IMG/VR virus record: IMGVR_UViG_3300006105_000007 | Coordinates: 1 to 45,007 of that record | Reading direction: 5' to 3' (one strand) | From: a virus | Lineage: Duplodnaviria; Caudoviricetes | DNA length: 45,007 nucleotides | Part shown: piece by piece, positions 36,284 through 45,007 of the stretch | How positions within the stretch are numbered: the first letter of the stretch is position 1 | How the letters are laid out: every line of letters begins with the position of its first letter | Position numbers and translations under genes: made by a program | The notes under the pieces: model-generated | The model's input: the letters and a program-made list of their open reading frames with translations, nothing else | What the model was told of the DNA's origin: nothing | The model's database searches: none

Positions 36284-36656
36284 CTTGCAATCGTGTCTAT
36301 TGTCTGACCAGTCGGAGTCCACAAAGGGAGGGCGAGTCTACGGGGTCGCCCTCCAGGGCACTCTTGATGATTTGCACCATGCCTATTGTCGAATCATGGA
36401 GCAATCGACTGAGCCCGGTAGTGAACTGCAAGTCTATTACCACCGCATAGGCGAGGTGGAATGCTGTGTACCCATCTTTAATCCGCGCCGAGAACTAACG
36501 TATTTGGTCGTGATGTCACCTAAAAGTGACGTGGTGCTGGATGACCTGACGCTCGTTCCATTGCATGACGATTATCCCCTAACGCGATACGAGTATAGAG
36601 TCATGCAGCATTTAGACAAACCGTCACAGGTTCGTGTGTGGAGGGTTGGGCCATGA
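36276..36656 (+). CDS. Hypothetical protein
   Basis: MINLQ... overlaps the erf stop. Confidence 0.55.
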   Translation: MINLQSCLLSDQSESTKGGRVYGVALQGTLDDLHHAYCRIMEQSTEPGSELQVYYHRIGEVECCVPIFNPRRELTYLVVMSPKSDVVLDDLTLVPLHDDYPLTRYEYRVMQHLDKPSQVRVWRVGP

Positions 36657-36741
36657 ATCTACTTTCGCAATTTTGGCTGTCAGCTACATGCTCATTGCGG
36701 CCTGTACTGCTGAGGAATTCACAAGTGGTTGAGGTGAGCGA

Positions 36742-37035
36742 ATGAGTCCCGAAGAAAAGCAAGCATTCTTTGCATCGTTCAAATCCGTTAAGCCTAACGC
36801 CAAGAAGATAGCCGAAGACGAAAATAAAAACTTACGATTTGCTATTTGCGGGGACCATCCCCACTCAGGAAAACAAGGCACGTTGGGGGTCGTTGACGGC
36901 AATATAAGCACTATTCAATTATTCGGAAAGACCATGTACGCAATTAAGTTTGACCCCGATATTGCAGAACATCAAGATCAAGGATGCTTTGCCGAAAAGA
37001 AGAACTTAAAGCCAATTTATGAGGCCAACAAGTGA
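36742..37035 (+). CDS. Hypothetical protein (possible SH3/KOW-like barrel)
   Basis: GAGGTG RBS; HPHSGKQGT motif. Confidence 0.6.
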   Translation: MSPEEKQAFFASFKSVKPNAKKIAEDENKNLRFAICGDHPHSGKQGTLGVVDGNISTIQLFGKTMYAIKFDPDIAEHQDQGCFAEKKNLKPIYEANK

Positions 37036-37280
37036 GCAACAAACCAACCCCCGACCATATTCCCGACACCGACGCTTGCCCTAACTGTGATTCCTTAGTT
37101 AAAGAGGTGGCAAAGCTAAGGGACTTTATTGAGGGCCTTATTGCCGAACACGAAAGGCATCAAGCAGAAGGGTTATTGATCGTATGGGGGCAAGGATCGC
37201 TTGCGACAATAAAGCACGTATTAAGCAAGTTGCCCACTCCCCCATCTACTGAACCAAAGGAGGAACCAAATGATAACTAG
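37032..37280 (+). CDS. Hypothetical protein
   Basis: GTGA overlap; CPNC motif. Confidence 0.55.
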   Translation: MSNKPTPDHIPDTDACPNCDSLVKEVAKLRDFIEGLIAEHERHQAEGLLIVWGQGSLATIKHVLSKLPTPPSTEPKEEPNDN

Positions 37281-37803
37281 AAAATCGGCCCCGCCGCAAG
37301 CAAACTGGTGGGCCAACGTGAACACGCAAATCATACTTTTCTGTTGTGCGAGCTTGATAGTATTGTGGTGTACGTGTGGGCGTTTGCTGGTGCCTGATGT
37401 CAAGCAGATCGGCAGTAAGGAACCGTCCTCGCAATACGTATGGCTTGACAGTGGGTCATCTGTGCAACCAGTGGCTTATTGGGGTGAATTTAGAGATGGG
37501 GACGTATTCAGCGTGGGGCAGTACACCGCAAGAATGTACCACCATAAGCCAACAAGGTCTTACAATGAACCTATACCCAAGAAATCCGAACCCCGTGGGT
37601 ACCTGACAATGGCTATGAGGTCGCTAGATAGTGGGGGTGTGCATAAACTTGTTTTCTACGGCCCCATATCGAGGCTACACACGATACTTTACGAGGTCGA
37701 CCATATGAAACCGCCGCAGGTTTTGTATGGTATGCCCTGCACGGATTTTGATCGTTACCAAAAGCAAAGTAAATCCGTGTTATCGTTCCATGTAGATAAA
37801 TAG
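37270..37803 (+). CDS. Membrane-anchored hypothetical protein
   Basis: AGGAGG RBS; N-terminal hydrophobic IILFCCASLIVLW. Confidence 0.6.
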   Translation: MITRKSAPPQANWWANVNTQIILFCCASLIVLWCTCGRLLVPDVKQIGSKEPSSQYVWLDSGSSVQPVAYWGEFRDGDVFSVGQYTARMYHHKPTRSYNEPIPKKSEPRGYLTMAMRSLDSGGVHKLVFYGPISRLHTILYEVDHMKPPQVLYGMPCTDFDRYQKQSKSVLSFHVDK

Positions 37804-37811
37804 ACGCAAAT

Positions 37812-37847
37812 AAAAGAGCCCGACCGCGTAAATGGTCGGGCTCTTTT
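37812..37847. terminator. Bidirectional intrinsic terminator
   Basis: aaaagagcccgacc-N8-ggtcgggctctttt between convergent genes. Confidence 0.88.
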
Positions 37848-37867
37848 GCGCCTGATTATCCTACAGA

Positions 37868-40800
37868 CTAGGTGTCCGGTGTGACCCGTAAAGTATCGGT
37901 TCCAGCGGCATTGATTTTAATTTTTGCCGTCTTGCCGACACCGATAGCCACGCCAGTTGAACCATTGATGTTGACCGTAATAATCTGGTCGCATGAGTTA
38001 GTGAATGTCCACTCCCAGTTGACGTTAGTTCCCTGGTTGGCGCTAACGGCTGGCAGGATGAACGTTCGGCCTGAACCACCACCTGTACCAGAGAAGGTAA
38101 TGTTCTTATATCGACAAGTGAGGTAGGTAGCAGTCACGTTAGCCGAAGCGTAGGTGACCGTAGTCGAGAGTCGCTGAATGTCGTGCTGATTCTGATAGGA
38201 CTCTTGGCCGAGCGTTCCCGAAGGTGCTGGCTGAGTGCCTGGAATCATTTCCACGTCAGTCCATGCAGAGTAGGTCGTATCTGTGGCTGATAGGCTAGTA
38301 CGAGCGTACAACTGGACTAGAAGCGACTGGTCTGTCGAGTTAATATAGATCGTAGCATTGACCCGTTGCCACTGGTCCATTGGCGTGATAGGTACCTGCG
38401 TCACGTCGCCTGTTCCAGTGGTTAATTGGAGTGCAGGATTATTCGTAGACGCCTTGGGGACGTACACCCACACGGACACTGTGACGAACGACCCACGAAG
38501 GTAGTACGCATCAATGACCGAGAATGTATAAGTTGCTAAGCATATACCGGTTGAGCTACTAGGAATCAACTTGTAAACGTAGTTAGGGGCCGACGATGAC
38601 ATGCCGGTGTCAAAGTTCGGAATCAAACCAGTGATGGTCGATACTGGAACAACACCTGCACCACCAACCGAGCCCGAAGATCGCCATTCGTTGTTTGTCT
38701 CTGATCGTCCAAACTTGGAGTCAGGGAAGAGATTCGGGCCAAAGAACGCCGGTTGCGTGATCGTGTTGTACGTGAACTGATCGTACTGACGCAGTGGCTT
38801 ATTGCCGAACGCGACAATGGAGTCCCCACCGAAGATGTTGCTGTTGATGTCCCAACCCCATACTGCGCCGAATGCGTAGAAGCAACGAGCAAAGAACACT
38901 GCACCCGATGGTGAAGCGTAATCCGCCCGGAGCCACTTGGAGACTTCCTGGAGGTTTGAACCGTCCGGAGTCAAAGCGTACAGATGGACGTACGCGTCGG
39001 AATTACCGGCCCATGTACCACCGTTAAAGTCCGACTCGGACTGGAACAGGATGGTACCGTCCGGGGTCAAGCAACCTTGGAATCCTTCACCATGTACTCT
39101 ACCAGCCATTGTGGTGATCGTGTTGGCGTTAATGTCGATACGCCGCATGATATTTGCGCCCTTGGGACACGCATAGCCATCGTTTGACGGGAAGGTCCCC
39201 GCTGGATACGATAGTGCGGCCTGGTCGGGAATCATGTACGCATAATGGTGACCCTGCGCCTTCGTAACCGAACTTGTCGTTATGTAACTGTCGCTACCGG
39301 TAATGTTGTGTGACCCATCAAACGGAACACTGGATGCGTCTGGTCTAATGTAAAGAGTATTGACTCCGGTTCCGATCAGATAACCCCAGGCTCCGCTGGT
39401 CGCTTGGCGCATAATGTCGCCAACAATAAACGTGCCATTCCAGGTCGCAGTAATGGTGTTTATCCCATCACCGACCATCTCAACAGCGCGGGAATCCTGA
39501 CCACCCATGCCTTGCGTCCCTGTAACAGATGCGCTGGCCGCTAGGGGATACGGGTTGACTCCAATAAAGTAATTGAGTCCACCACCCAGGTTGGTTGTGG
39601 ATGATGCTACGGTCGGGGTTGTAGTTGAGTTTGTGGTGACACCCGTAACCAGTGAGCCAGTGATAAACACCCCGCTGGATGGGTCCAGGTTAATTGTGAG
39701 CGTGTTCGTACCGTTGTCGGCTGTAACATACCCAAAGTTAGAACCCTGGTTGACTCGCTCCCCTAAACGGAAAGGCGCAGACTCAGAACTGTACGTTAAT
39801 GTCTGCTGGTAAATGGTGGCTGACGAAGCCCACGATGACCGTGCGGGGCCGTTGACATTGGTTAAGCCCCAATACTGCCCCCAGTTGGTCGGGTTATTGC
39901 ACATGTCGGCAACGTTATCGCAGTAAATAATTCCTGCCTGATAATCGTTATCGCCACACATGATATAGAGGCGACCTTCATAGGCCCCGAACCCAGGAAA
40001 GAATTCGGCTCCGTGGAAGTGTCTAATTGACTGCGTACCCCCCGCTCCGAAGCTGTTGCCGGTTCCGCGACACGTAAACATCTTGTGCCAGACAAGAGGT
40101 TCCTTATCGGGTAGGTTGAAGTACATGGAAGGATTACCTTCGCAGTAGTCTCCAAACCAAATAACCCTAGTGTTGCTGTACGTGCCGCTGGCTACCGTGA
40201 TTGGACCTGCGATAATTCCGCAGTCACAAATCTGGTGAGCAAGGTAGATCGAACTAGAGCCTGTGTCAAGTGCTGGCTTAAACGGAATGTTTTGCCCGTC
40301 TGGGCTCCACTCCAGCCACCATACGTTTGCTGTCTTCACCAGCGCGGTAAGGGTGTTCAGATTTGCACCCGAGGTGGTAAAGTTAATTTGGTGTGAGTTA
40401 TCGAAGTCGGCAGGTGAAGTGCCCGACTCTTCAATAGTGGCGACACCGGCCACCACTGATAGGACTCGACCGGTTGCAAGGCTTGTGGCCTGAGTGACCG
40501 CTTCACCCGCTTGAGGTGAGCCGCTTACGGTCCCAGTAATCACAAACCGGTTGGCTTGCTGGCAAGCGTAAATACCCGAATTAGTCCCATATAGGGAGTT
40601 CCCGAGCGAATAGCTGGCGTAGTTTGTAGACGCTCCACGGCGAGTCGTCTGTCCGTTATACAGGGCGATACCCGTATTGGATTTATACGGCGAAACAACA
40701 TAGTTCTCAGATTGCTGAAACTGTGAGGCGGTAGTCACCGACGCATTCGATGTCTGCCCGGTGATGGTGTCTGCAAACACAAACTGGGCGGTACTCGTCG

Positions 40801-41137
40801 GCCTGATAATCAAAATGCCTGACGCCCCACCAGCACCGGAGTCCTGGATCAAGATGCCGGTCGCACCCGAAACGGAACCGGTAACAACCTCACCGTTAAT
40901 GAAGTTGCCCGATTTAGTTGCAGTGTACGTGTAATCGACAGGACTATTCCACAAGCATTGACCTTGGATGATCTTCGCCTTGTGCGTCGTTACGTTGGCT
41001 ACCGTGCCTGTATATCCCGGAATCACGTAAGATGACTGCGGGATAATGTTTCCCCCGATGCGTCCAGCACTAGGGGGAATTTGCGCTACCCCTAGCATTG
41101 AAAGCATCAGGAGTAGAAACGAAGTAATGTATTTCAT
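37868..41137 (-). CDS. Large multidomain adhesin/receptor-binding-like protein with signal peptide (1089 aa)
   Basis: MKYITSFLLLMLSMLGVA-Q N-terminus; repeated FxxGExVTxxxSGATG modules; CBM-like region (NLFPDSKF..VSVWVY..QWQRV); fiber-tip-like C-terminus. Confidence 0.7.
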   Translation of the reverse strand: MKYITSFLLLMLSMLGVAQIPPSAGRIGGNIIPQSSYVIPGYTGTVANVTTHKAKIIQGQCLWNSPVDYTYTATKSGNFINGEVVTGSVSGATGILIQDSGAGGASGILIIRPTSTAQFVFADTITGQTSNASVTTASQFQQSENYVVSPYKSNTGIALYNGQTTRRGASTNYASYSLGNSLYGTNSGIYACQQANRFVITGTVSGSPQAGEAVTQATSLATGRVLSVVAGVATIEESGTSPADFDNSHQINFTTSGANLNTLTALVKTANVWWLEWSPDGQNIPFKPALDTGSSSIYLAHQICDCGIIAGPITVASGTYSNTRVIWFGDYCEGNPSMYFNLPDKEPLVWHKMFTCRGTGNSFGAGGTQSIRHFHGAEFFPGFGAYEGRLYIMCGDNDYQAGIIYCDNVADMCNNPTNWGQYWGLTNVNGPARSSWASSATIYQQTLTYSSESAPFRLGERVNQGSNFGYVTADNGTNTLTINLDPSSGVFITGSLVTGVTTNSTTTPTVASSTTNLGGGLNYFIGVNPYPLAASASVTGTQGMGGQDSRAVEMVGDGINTITATWNGTFIVGDIMRQATSGAWGYLIGTGVNTLYIRPDASSVPFDGSHNITGSDSYITTSSVTKAQGHHYAYMIPDQAALSYPAGTFPSNDGYACPKGANIMRRIDINANTITTMAGRVHGEGFQGCLTPDGTILFQSESDFNGGTWAGNSDAYVHLYALTPDGSNLQEVSKWLRADYASPSGAVFFARCFYAFGAVWGWDINSNIFGGDSIVAFGNKPLRQYDQFTYNTITQPAFFGPNLFPDSKFGRSETNNEWRSSGSVGGAGVVPVSTITGLIPNFDTGMSSSAPNYVYKLIPSSSTGICLATYTFSVIDAYYLRGSFVTVSVWVYVPKASTNNPALQLTTGTGDVTQVPITPMDQWQRVNATIYINSTDQSLLVQLYARTSLSATDTTYSAWTDVEMIPGTQPAPSGTLGQESYQNQHDIQRLSTTVTYASANVTATYLTCRYKNITFSGTGGGSGRTFILPAVSANQGTNVNWEWTFTNSCDQIITVNINGSTGVAIGVGKTAKIKINAAGTDTLRVTPDT

Positions 41138-42186
41138 TAAGATCGAACTCTCCCTACAACGTAGATGTCAAGAATGAATAAAGCCACCGGAGACGACGCG
41201 GTTGGGTTATATCCCGTCGCGTATCCGTTAGTTCCGGTACCTGCTGAACCATCAACCGTACCGCCCGTGTTGATGGTAACCGTCGGTACACCTGTTGACC
41301 CGTTAATGACTCGCAACCTACAAGCGACCGCCCCTGATGGAAGTGCCGCGATAGGGTGCGTACCATCCGGTGATGTGTGCAACACTAGATATGATAGCCC
41401 ACGAGTTCCGCTGGCTCCAAGCGTAACAGTAATCGCTGACCATTTAACCGATGCGGTATCAACCATTGGAATGACAATGCCATTAGCATCAATGTATTCG
41501 ACCCCCAACGTATCACCACTGCCGCCAGCATCAAACAGGCACACAGCGAGTGGATTTAGGTTAATTGGCATTGCGGCATTAGTGGATTGCCCGGACGAAA
41601 CTGTCACGTTACCGCCGGGTGCAATAAAATAAATGGTGCCGATACTAAGCGCCGTAGGTGTGGTTGCGTTAGGCGCTACAACTTGAGTGGCAATACCGCC
41701 ACCTGAGCCCACCGAGGAATCAATGGTTCCAGCCGTATTGATCGTGACACTACCAGAAGTTACGTTAACTATCAATGTAGCCCCGCCGTTAGTTAGCGTG
41801 TTTAGGAAGTGTGTACCATCGGGTTTCGTCTGGGTGACGAGATAACCAAACCCACGAGCCGTACCCGCAGGAATAGTTAGTGTTACAGCCCCAAATGTCG
41901 CTCCAGTGGAATCTACAAATGGGATTTCTAGGCCCCCACTGCTACGCATTTCCACGTTGACAGTAGAACCGCTACCCGACGCATCAAAAAATGCGGTCTG
42001 CGCGGGTGTGACGGGTCCGGTCCCAACCTGCATTAGCTCAAACTTGGGCAAGGTAACCGAAGCAAATGAGACAGAGGGTGCAAAGCAAGTTGCCACTAGC
42101 GCAATGCCTACTTTCACCCAGTTTGGTAAAGTTCCCCACCACCCGAAGCGGTGCGGGATAGATTGGAAACTGGTGTTTTCTTTCAT
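41137..42186 (-). CDS. Signal/TM-bearing beta-rich protein with a tandem duplicated ~100 aa domain
   Basis: VGIALVATCFAPSVSFA segment; FDAxGSG...IPxVD...RGxxYLV...PDGTH...VTINTxGTxD occurs twice. Start may be 42186 or 42243. Confidence 0.68.
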   Translation of the reverse strand: MKENTSFQSIPHRFGWWGTLPNWVKVGIALVATCFAPSVSFASVTLPKFELMQVGTGPVTPAQTAFFDASGSGSTVNVEMRSSGGLEIPFVDSTGATFGAVTLTIPAGTARGFGYLVTQTKPDGTHFLNTLTNGGATLIVNVTSGSVTINTAGTIDSSVGSGGGIATQVVAPNATTPTALSIGTIYFIAPGGNVTVSSGQSTNAAMPINLNPLAVCLFDAGGSGDTLGVEYIDANGIVIPMVDTASVKWSAITVTLGASGTRGLSYLVLHTSPDGTHPIAALPSGAVACRLRVINGSTGVPTVTINTGGTVDGSAGTGTNGYATGYNPTASSPVALFILDIYVVGRVRS

Positions 42187-42212
42187 AGCCGTAAGACTAG
42201 TATACTTATAGT

Positions 42213-43634
42213 TTAACGGTACGACAACGAAAACCCTCGGCACCGACCCGAAGATATGGCTACAGTAGATAGTGAGTCTACCGCGAATGCACCCTGCAAT
42301 GGGGTAATGATATTAGGTTTGGGATTATAGATTACCGAACCCCCGAGTCCCATGTGACGTAAATTACATTCGTAAGCCAAAGCTACCGCGCATACCATGT
42401 CATCATGCTTGCCTTGTGGTGCTGACATTTGAAGCAATCCGCTTGGCAACTTATTGAACTTATACGCTCCAAATTCCCTCTGGCACTCCGCTCCAAGGAG
42501 TGTTTCATTATTAAGCAGGTGCCCCGAGTGCTCGTCAAATGCTAAAGACAACTGATTCATAATTCGCGTCTTCTTATCGTTACTGAACACGAACGGTTCA
42601 ACTCGCGCATAGAAACAATCCTGTCCTAATTGATCTACCGTCCCCGCTTCGCGAGTTGCGTCGGCCACGACCGGACATTGCCATTTCTGGAGGGCCGCTC
42701 CGATAATGCGCATCATGCTAGGATACGGCTGGATATTAAGCCTGATTAAATGCGCCAAGCAATTTAAGGTGCTATCCCAGATCGCGAGGACCGTAAAATC
42801 ATTGACCTTCCCTAAGTCAAGACCGGCGCAATATTGGTGGCCGTCGATTGGTTCTTCTTGCCACTCAGCGTCACACACCTCATGATACGTGCGGAACACG
42901 GAGCCACCAGAGCCCAGGAAGTCCCCGTAGATTTCCTGACGGATTAGATCATGAGTCATACCTTCCGTCATAGACCGAATCTCCTCCACGGTCATGATGG
43001 GGTTTTCCCCACTCCAGCACTGCTCACTCCACCACTCGGGGCGACTCGGGTCTTTACCCATGTCGAATATGGCTTTGTACCAGTTGTCACCGTTCGGTGT
43101 GCTAGGGAAAATAGCAGAACCTTTTCGGTCAGCGAGTGCTGGCCGAATGCTTCTCCACCAGGGGTCGGGCGAATCCTCTAGTGCGGCCTCGTCAAAGATA
43201 CACAAATCCCAACCGTCTCCTACGAGAGATCGCGGATTGTCGGTGCTCTTAGCCTGAATGATACCGCCCGTCTTTAACTTGAGCGACTGTTTGCCTTCCT
43301 GCGTAATCAAGTCCGAAATCAATTCGCGGAACTTGCTACCCTCGATCATGGCAACCGTCTCGGACCACACCTTGTTCGCTAGGTTGTAAGTCGGGGCCGC
43401 ATTCATAACCCATCCACCGAGAATAGCGCATGTTGCAGATTCAAACCCGCAAGCTTTTGTCTTGCCGGTACGCCGACCCCAGTCAGGCACACGGAATCGG
43501 TTGCGTGCTTCATGCAACCGCAACTGGGGCGGGTTTGGGTCGTAGTCCATCGCTTCCGCGTATGGTTTCATTTGTTCCCATGTCAGCTTCGACATAAGAA
43601 ATTGCCACGGTGCGCGAGGTTGAATCTTACGCAA
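42213..43634 (-). CDS. terL: Terminase large subunit
   Basis: Walker A GRRTGKT, Walker B IFDEAA, STPNG, nuclease GLDLG..NDFTV and HDDMVCA motifs. Confidence 0.95.
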   Translation of the reverse strand: MRKIQPRAPWQFLMSKLTWEQMKPYAEAMDYDPNPPQLRLHEARNRFRVPDWGRRTGKTKACGFESATCAILGGWVMNAAPTYNLANKVWSETVAMIEGSKFRELISDLITQEGKQSLKLKTGGIIQAKSTDNPRSLVGDGWDLCIFDEAALEDSPDPWWRSIRPALADRKGSAIFPSTPNGDNWYKAIFDMGKDPSRPEWWSEQCWSGENPIMTVEEIRSMTEGMTHDLIRQEIYGDFLGSGGSVFRTYHEVCDAEWQEEPIDGHQYCAGLDLGKVNDFTVLAIWDSTLNCLAHLIRLNIQPYPSMMRIIGAALQKWQCPVVADATREAGTVDQLGQDCFYARVEPFVFSNDKKTRIMNQLSLAFDEHSGHLLNNETLLGAECQREFGAYKFNKLPSGLLQMSAPQGKHDDMVCAVALAYECNLRHMGLGGSVIYNPKPNIITPLQGAFAVDSLSTVAISSGRCRGFSLSYR

Positions 43635-44985
43635 TCGGTGGGCTCCCTGGAACGTAGCGAGCGGTAATATTAGTCGTAGCTCGTTGTATTGTAATGTCGT
43701 GAGTGATTTCGGTTACCATTAGCGGGATGCTGGATAGTGGCACACGGTCACCCGCATAGCACACGTTGTCTAGAGGGAAAATGTCCGGTTGCAACCAGGC
43801 CGTCGGAAGACTTACGTCCAGCCCCGGCAGGGAAAAAACTCGGTACATGTAGTCTGCCGCATTCGATGCAAAGGTCGAGTCCGCAAAGATACCGTCTACC
43901 CATTGGCCCATGTTCTGATAGCCTAAGTGGTTGTACGCCGTTGGATCGAAAATAATTGGGTTTGTGGACGGGTCAACCGGTCGGCGCTCAATGATTGGGT
44001 TCCAGTAAGGGGTGTACGAGTTGATGCCAATAATCGCAAAGTCTGATCGAACCTCGCGCATGTTCTTGCGCACACTGGATGCGAGTACGCTATTAAAATT
44101 CAGGCCGGTTCCTAAGACGCTTTCCCAGTCAGAATCAAAGAATACACGCTTAATACCGTCCGCAAGTTGGAACTTCTCAAAATGAAGCTTACCGGCCACG
44201 TCCGTAAATACCATATATCCAATCGGGTTAGCCTGTTTAATCAGTAGCTCGTCCAGCTTACCATTGGCATATCTATTCTGCAAGCTACCAGCATCACCAA
44301 TCCCAAGGAACGGCGCAGGGTTACCGTACTGATCGCCAAGGTCGGTGTCAGGGTCAGGTCCGACTAGCGCATTAAAGTACAAGTCATCAGGCACAAATCC
44401 CCCAAGTTGTGCAAGGTACGATGCCGCATAGAATTGGTTCCACGCATCCATACGCGGCAAGTCCCATCGCGGGGAATCAAGCTGAATCATGCGGTCGCAA
44501 CACGTCATGACGAACAAAGAGCCTCCCTCGACCGATTCCACGTCCCCTTCGCAGTGGCCGTAGCCTGTGAAGATAAGTTGAGGACTTGACATGGAGCCGC
44601 CATCGGTTGTGCGTGAAGCGTACACCTGCACGGCTACCTGCCCGGTATTCAGCATCCAGTTACCCCACGACCCGTCGTAGTTATTAAAGAACAACTTGGC
44701 ATACGAGTGAATAGTTAGGGCCTCGGGGTCGAACTTGTGATTGACAACGATGCGCTCAGGGAATAGTTGGGTGGCCGGTTGAGGGTCCGAATAATCGTTA
44801 GGTGTGGAGTCAGTGTAGAACCCCCGAATCACTTTTGTCAGGTCCGAATACGCGTTACCTTTATAGGTGCCGTCTGTTGGCCCCGTGAAGTCCACCTTGG
44901 CACGCAAATTAGGGCCAGTCGTTTGGGTATACGGTTGACCTGTGCCGGGGTCCACCGTGCTCGTATCCAGGGTTTCCGTCCAACC
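43627..44985 (-). CDS. 3' part of the ~785 aa tail tip/hub-like protein (continues from 999..1)
   Basis: In-frame continuation; hub-like C-terminus LMVTEITHDITIQRATTNITAR. Confidence 0.8.
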   Translation of the reverse strand, partial: GWTETLDTSTVDPGTGQPYTQTTGPNLRAKVDFTGPTDGTYKGNAYSDLTKVIRGFYTDSTPNDYSDPQPATQLFPERIVVNHKFDPEALTIHSYAKLFFNNYDGSWGNWMLNTGQVAVQVYASRTTDGGSMSSPQLIFTGYGHCEGDVESVEGGSLFVMTCCDRMIQLDSPRWDLPRMDAWNQFYAASYLAQLGGFVPDDLYFNALVGPDPDTDLGDQYGNPAPFLGIGDAGSLQNRYANGKLDELLIKQANPIGYMVFTDVAGKLHFEKFQLADGIKRVFFDSDWESVLGTGLNFNSVLASSVRKNMREVRSDFAIIGINSYTPYWNPIIERRPVDPSTNPIIFDPTAYNHLGYQNMGQWVDGIFADSTFASNAADYMYRVFSLPGLDVSLPTAWLQPDIFPLDNVCYAGDRVPLSSIPLMVTEITHDITIQRATTNITARYVPGSPPIA

Positions 44986-45007
44986 AGCACCGCTATCAGG
45001 AGCATTG
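44986..45007 (+). repeat. Terminal direct repeat, right copy
   Basis: Identical to 1-22. Confidence 0.95.

Larger units (their letters stand above)
1..45007. mobile_element. Complete tailed bacteriophage genome (siphovirus-like, Mu-type head genes), circularly closed assembly
   Basis: TerS, TerL, portal, protease, capsid, tail tube, tape measure, lysis and replication genes are all present. There is a 22-nt terminal overlap and an ORF reads through the junction. No host housekeeping genes. Confidence 0.93.

Noticed and set aside
1-45007. Alternative genetic code, DGR/retron, tRNA genes, introns or inteins
   Set aside because: Genes are full length in code 11 and all three stops are used. 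I saw no reverse transcriptase motifs, cloverleafs or split core genes by eye.

Overview
The window looks like a complete, circularly closed ~45 kb tailed (siphovirus-like) bacteriophage genome. Bases 1-22 repeat at 44986-45007, and a 785-codon tail ORF reads in frame across the junction. The minus-strand late region holds TerS, a Mu gp29-like portal, a frameshifted tail chaperone, a Mu I-like protease/scaffold, capsid, tail tube, tape measure, tail-tip proteins, TerL and two large signal-peptide-bearing proteins, in a scrambled order. The early/middle region holds an amidoligase plus class II glutamine amidotransferase pair, SSB, a Gam-like/nucleotidyltransferase/ERF cluster, a sliding clamp, RuvC, a primase-helicase with a degenerate TOPRIM domain, a lysis cassette and a metallophosphoesterase. 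I found no integrase, DNA polymerase, tRNA, CRISPR array or reverse transcriptase. The SSB C-terminus (EEYDPFADE) suggests an Armatimonadota-like host, from recollection only. The most notable observations are: a nucleotidyltransferase with an SSB-tail mimic; a co-oriented 11-mer repeat cluster around ssb; secreted-type late proteins; structured intergenic RNAs flanking a moron-like gene; and several apparently leaderless genes. All calls come from motif recognition by eye; no searches were run.
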